DNA of 63,338 bases, filler included. It is 4 parts of 4 records of this genome, joined end to end, with 100 filler letters (N's around TTAATTAATTAA, not from the genome) between each part and the next. Parts side by side here need not be neighbours in the genome. Positions count along the whole stretch, not along the records: positions 57,712 to 63,338 come from SRR20825006_1792; 3 more parts are not named here. One strand, given 5' to 3'. A program made the position numbers and the translations under genes. Position 1 is the stretch's first letter. Every line of letters starts with the position of its first letter. The notes under the pieces were generated by a model, which saw nothing but the letters and a program-made list of their open reading frames with translations, searched no databases and had not been told where the DNA came from. Shown here in pieces: positions 59,469-63,338 of the stretch.

Positions 59469-61289
59469 AAGTCCATAGTACCAAGGTGCCACAAGTGCAA
59501 ACACCACGGCGATGATGATGATCAGTGGCGTTCCGGCTCGCAGGAAATCTCTGAAACTGTAATGCCCCGGCCCCATGACCATCAAATTGGTCTGATAGGC
59601 AATCGGTGTCGCAAAAGAGCAGTTGGCCGCGTAGATGACCGTCGCCGCAAAGGCCTCCGGCGGTGCGCCGATCTGACGGGCCATATCAAGTGCAATCGGA
59701 ATGAATAGCGCCGCAGCGGCATTATTGGAGAGCATATTGGTCAATGCAGCTACGCCAACAAAAAGAAGCGCCATGGCAATAGGGGCGGAATTCGATCCGG
59801 CCAGATACACGATCCCCTGCGCAATGAGCTGCGCACCGCCCGTTGCTTCCAAAGCCGTAGACATCGCGATCGATGCCCCGACCAGAAGGAAAATCTGACG
59901 ATCAAAGGCGCGGGCAGCCTGCTGCAGGGTGAGGCAGCCAAAAGCAATCATCAACAGCGCCCCGGCGACGGAATTCACCGCAATCGGCGAAACGCCAGTG
60001 GCGGAAAGCGCCACGATGGCGGCAAAGATACCAGACGCCATCAACGCCTTGTCGCGTGGCGGCACGCTTTCGGCAGAGTGCTCCAGAAGCAGAATATCAT
60101 GGTTGCCGCGCATCGCCATGATATCCTCTTCGCTGCCGCCGATCAGAAGTGTATCACCGGCATCCAGCCTTAACTGCGACAAGGGAGTACGGGCCATTCG
60201 GCTTTTACGCCTGACCCCGAAAATGGTAATGCCAAACCGCTGCTGAATGCCGCTGTAGCGGATCGACCGTCCCTCAAAAAGCGAACCCGGTGCGATCACA
60301 GCTTCCGCCAGATGATAGTGCGGTCCGACCTTCTGCTCCTGAACCGGTACGGAACCATCCGGCGGAGCAGAAAGATCGACCTCGCCCTTGGCCACCATAT
60401 CCATGAACGCCTTGCGGGTTCCCGTCAGCTGAAGTCGGTCTCCGGGCAAAAGTTCGATATCGTCATCATAAGGTGGCAGTAACGTCCGTCCATTGCGGAG
60501 CAACGCATGGAGGGAAAGAGGGGATAGCTTCGGGAAGAAGCCGGATTTGGCATGATCGCCGGCCAGGCGGCTGTTCGGCAGAATGACGATCTCACCCAGA
60601 AACTGCGCGCCGGAACTTCGATAGCTTTCCGCCTGCTCACCGTGTTTTCCGCCGAGAACACGCGGCAAAACCAAAAGAACATAGAGGTAACCGACAGCAG
60701 CCAGAATAACCCCCATGCCGGTGATATCGAAAAAGCCGATTTCGACACCCTGTGCCCCGGCCATACCGGCAGCGATCATGTTTGTCGAAGAACCGACCAT
60801 CGTCGTCATGCCGCCAAGAATAGTGATGAAAGAAAGCGGCATAAAAATCTTGAATGGGGAGATGTTGAAGCGCGCTGCAAGCGACGTCAGCACCGGAATG
60901 AAGATCACAACCACCGGCGTATTGTTCAAAAAAGCCGATAGAACGCCCGCAATCACCAGCAAAGCTGCAATCGAAAGTGCCGGATTGCCGCCATAAAAAC
61001 GGCCGATCCGATTGGTGAGTCCTTCCAGCGCATCTGTTGCAAAAAGCCCCTTGCCGACAATCAGAAGCGAAAGAACCGTCACAAGCGCAGGCGAGGAAAA
61101 CCCGGACAGCAGGGCGGCAACCGAAAGCGGATCGCCATCATTTACCTGATAGGGAAATGTGCCAAAAACGATCAGGATCAGGCTGAGCGAGGCCAGAGAC
61201 ACAGCCTCGATGGGAAACCGGTCCAGGGTATATACGATGATCGTGCCAACGATGATCACCAGCGTTGCTACAAGATGGAAGTGATCCAT
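59466..61289 (-). CDS. SLC13/DASS family permease with TrkA-C domains
   Basis: SAFLNNTPVV, GSSTN, two soluble TrkA-C repeats, SNNAAA, ATPIAYQTNLMVMGPG.Y.F.DF. Confidence 0.9.
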   Translation of the reverse strand: MDHFHLVATLVIIVGTIIVYTLDRFPIEAVSLASLSLILIVFGTFPYQVNDGDPLSVAALLSGFSSPALVTVLSLLIVGKGLFATDALEGLTNRIGRFYGGNPALSIAALLVIAGVLSAFLNNTPVVVIFIPVLTSLAARFNISPFKIFMPLSFITILGGMTTMVGSSTNMIAAGMAGAQGVEIGFFDITGMGVILAAVGYLYVLLVLPRVLGGKHGEQAESYRSSGAQFLGEIVILPNSRLAGDHAKSGFFPKLSPLSLHALLRNGRTLLPPYDDDIELLPGDRLQLTGTRKAFMDMVAKGEVDLSAPPDGSVPVQEQKVGPHYHLAEAVIAPGSLFEGRSIRYSGIQQRFGITIFGVRRKSRMARTPLSQLRLDAGDTLLIGGSEEDIMAMRGNHDILLLEHSAESVPPRDKALMASGIFAAIVALSATGVSPIAVNSVAGALLMIAFGCLTLQQAARAFDRQIFLLVGASIAMSTALEATGGAQLIAQGIVYLAGSNSAPIAMALLFVGVAALTNMLSNNAAAALFIPIALDMARQIGAPPEAFAATVIYAANCSFATPIAYQTNLMVMGPGHYSFRDFLRAGTPLIIIIAVVFALVAPWYYGL

Positions 61290-61950
61290 AAACCATTGGC
61301 CCCGTCGGCTATCCCCATGCACCGCATCGCGTCATTTTTGACCTGCGTACATTCAGGACTTAACGACGTGCGCATTCCGTTGTCAATTTCAGTAAAGTTA
61401 AAGCTGCATTGTCTATTACATCGCTCGATAGAAAAGCAACGGTCTGGACAAACAGGTAGATTTCTCCTGTTCAAAACACTGCATTTCTGCTGACGCCCGG
61501 CACATCAGCCTTCACTGATTGTGCCGCCGGGCCAGCTTCCCTTCGGGAAAGCTCAATACAATTTTCAGATTTTGACACACAGACAAGACACGAAACAGAA
61601 TATCATGAATTACTGTTTTTAAAACATACGTTTAGCGATGAATGACCCCGTTGTCTTAATGTACATCTGACAAAGATGTAGAATTTATATCGCATAATCA
61701 CGTTATAATGGCGTATTTTCGCCAATTTTCATTTTTAGGGGCAGTTTCATAAGCAGATTATGCGTCGATCATCCATCAAAAGAAAACGTAGTATTGCATG
61801 ACAACAGCCCATTTCGGCCTGCGTCCGATTTTCTCGCACCCAGGCAGAAGGCGACCACAGCGAAACATAATAATTTGTTTACCGTGTTCCCCTTATTCTG
61901 CCATCAACGACCGAGCATCATCCTTGGGTAGTGCGTAGAAAGTGTGCATC

Positions 61951-63060
61951 GTGGCGTTTAGTCCTAGTTTAAAGAAAAAACGTGTTCCCGGAGAACGCAA
62001 AATCAACCTGTTGATGCGCCTTGCCGCAGCATCGGCGATCGTTCTGATCACGGGCGGTGCGATTATCACAATCGCCTCCTCGCCGATCATTTCGACTTCA
62101 GTCGCAAAACCGCATCTTGGCTCCGCCAGCAGTTTGAACCTGATGGTAAACCCGGCATTTCAGTCCCAACGCAGCAAAAGCGAAAAAGCTCATCGCCTGC
62201 TCACGGCCAGGGAAAACCAGGGCCGGACCAAACCGCTGAGCGCAGAGGTAATCCGCCTCTCCTACCTGAAACCTCAGGTGAGGCAAGCTGGTGAGACAGC
62301 ACTGACGGACTGGCAGCGCAAGCTTGTCGGCAAACAGATCGCTGAAAATGCTGCCGATGGCGACCTGCTCGCCGGCCTTCCGCCTGAGCTTCAGCAACCT
62401 GCTGTTCCTCAGATCAAGACAGCACCGGTCGCTCCGTCCTCGGCTCTCGCAGCAGTCAGTCCGAAGACGTCTGCCACGGATAGCGGCAAAAACCCGTTCG
62501 AGCTGGTACTTCAGGGCGTTGATGATTCCCGCACACCACCCGGCCATGTACCGGTTCCGGCGAAGCGTCCGGCGGGCATGGCACTGGCTTACGCATCGTT
62601 CAGAAATGACAATGTCAACGAGATTTTCAACAACGTACCGGAAGAAACATCCAAGGTCGCGGTCTATGATATCGAAGGTGGCAAGGTTTACATGCCGGAT
62701 GGCGAAGTGATGGAAGCTCATTCGGGAATAGGAGATTACCGCGATAATCCCAAATATACGCATGTGAAAATGGCCGGCGCTGTCCCGGCTGCGACCTACA
62801 AGCTGACCCCGCGTGAAGCGCTTTTCCATGGTGTGCCAGCGCTTAGAATGACATCGGTCGATGGCACGCACCCGCTTGGCCGCACCGGACTTCTGGCGCA
62901 CACCTACATGTTGAGAACACCGGGGGACTCGCATGGCTGCCTGGTTTTCAAGGACTATTACAAGTTTCTGAAGGCGTATCGCGCTGGCAAGGTCGATTAC
63001 ATCGTTGCTGTTTCGAACCTGAAGAAAGGCATGTCTCAGCAACTGGTTGCCAGCCGTTGA
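61951..63060 (+). CDS. Membrane-anchored DUF2778 (Tlde1 / L,D-transpeptidase-like) protein
   Basis: N-terminal TM helix, long linker, C-terminal YMPDG..MEAHSG.G, RE.LFHGV.ALR, LLAHTYML...GDSHGC; start uncertain (61942 or 61951). Confidence 0.8.
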   Translation: MAFSPSLKKKRVPGERKINLLMRLAAASAIVLITGGAIITIASSPIISTSVAKPHLGSASSLNLMVNPAFQSQRSKSEKAHRLLTARENQGRTKPLSAEVIRLSYLKPQVRQAGETALTDWQRKLVGKQIAENAADGDLLAGLPPELQQPAVPQIKTAPVAPSSALAAVSPKTSATDSGKNPFELVLQGVDDSRTPPGHVPVPAKRPAGMALAYASFRNDNVNEIFNNVPEETSKVAVYDIEGGKVYMPDGEVMEAHSGIGDYRDNPKYTHVKMAGAVPAATYKLTPREALFHGVPALRMTSVDGTHPLGRTGLLAHTYMLRTPGDSHGCLVFKDYYKFLKAYRAGKVDYIVAVSNLKKGMSQQLVASR

Positions 63061-63088
63061 GGCGAGGCCGGCCGACGCATCCCAACCG

Positions 63089-63122
63089 AAAAAAGGCGGC
63101 TCCGCGCGGGGCCGCCTTTTTT
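63089..63122. terminator. Bidirectional intrinsic terminator
   Basis: AAAAAAGGCGGCTCC-GCGC-GGGGCCGCCTTTTTT. Confidence 0.85.
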
Positions 63123-63148
63123 ATTCAACTACGGTCTTGGAAGCTCGA

Positions 63149-63338
<190 letters not shown>

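Overview
This window is not one contiguous locus. It is four contigs joined by three identical artificial spacers (N44-TTAATTAATTAA-N44 at 11540-11639, 40791-40890 and 57612-57711), and the pieces come from at least two phyla. Segment 1 (1-11539) is AT-rich and Flavobacteriia-like. It has a tandem array of secreted paralogues, a DEAD-box RNA helicase, a NUDIX + PLD-nuclease/SF2-helicase/DUF3427 (SauUSI-like type IV restriction) pair with an extra C-terminal LexA-type S24 domain, a fused 2-oxoacid dehydrogenase E1 and a REP-like doublet. Segment 2 (11640-40790) is GC-rich and alphaproteobacterial (Rhodobacteraceae-like), a 29 kb catabolic island. It has a LysR-divergent operon (PxpA + biotin carrier + biotin carboxylase + PxpB + PxpC, a TorT-like ABC importer, a molybdenum hydroxylase M/S/L + XdhC). 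It also has a GntR-centred block with a CADD/PqqC-fold di-iron oxidase, two 2Fe-2S ferredoxins, a small unknown protein, a reductase, an aldehyde dehydrogenase, TauE, GlcG, three amidase families and a TauT-type ABC importer, linked by a repeated GTATAC operator-like motif. Segment 3 (40891-57611) is mostly Flavobacteriia housekeeping (folE, serC/serA, ychF, parE, a TonB-dependent receptor). Segment 4 (57712-63338) is Rhizobiaceae-like (nadB/nadC, an SLC13 transporter, a DUF2778 protein, the 3' end of nrdF). The best candidate for an undescribed system is the di-iron oxidase/ferredoxin catabolic regulon, followed by the split biotin-carboxylase/Pxp operon and the S24-fused type IV restriction enzyme. 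All family calls come from motif recognition by eye; no database search was run.
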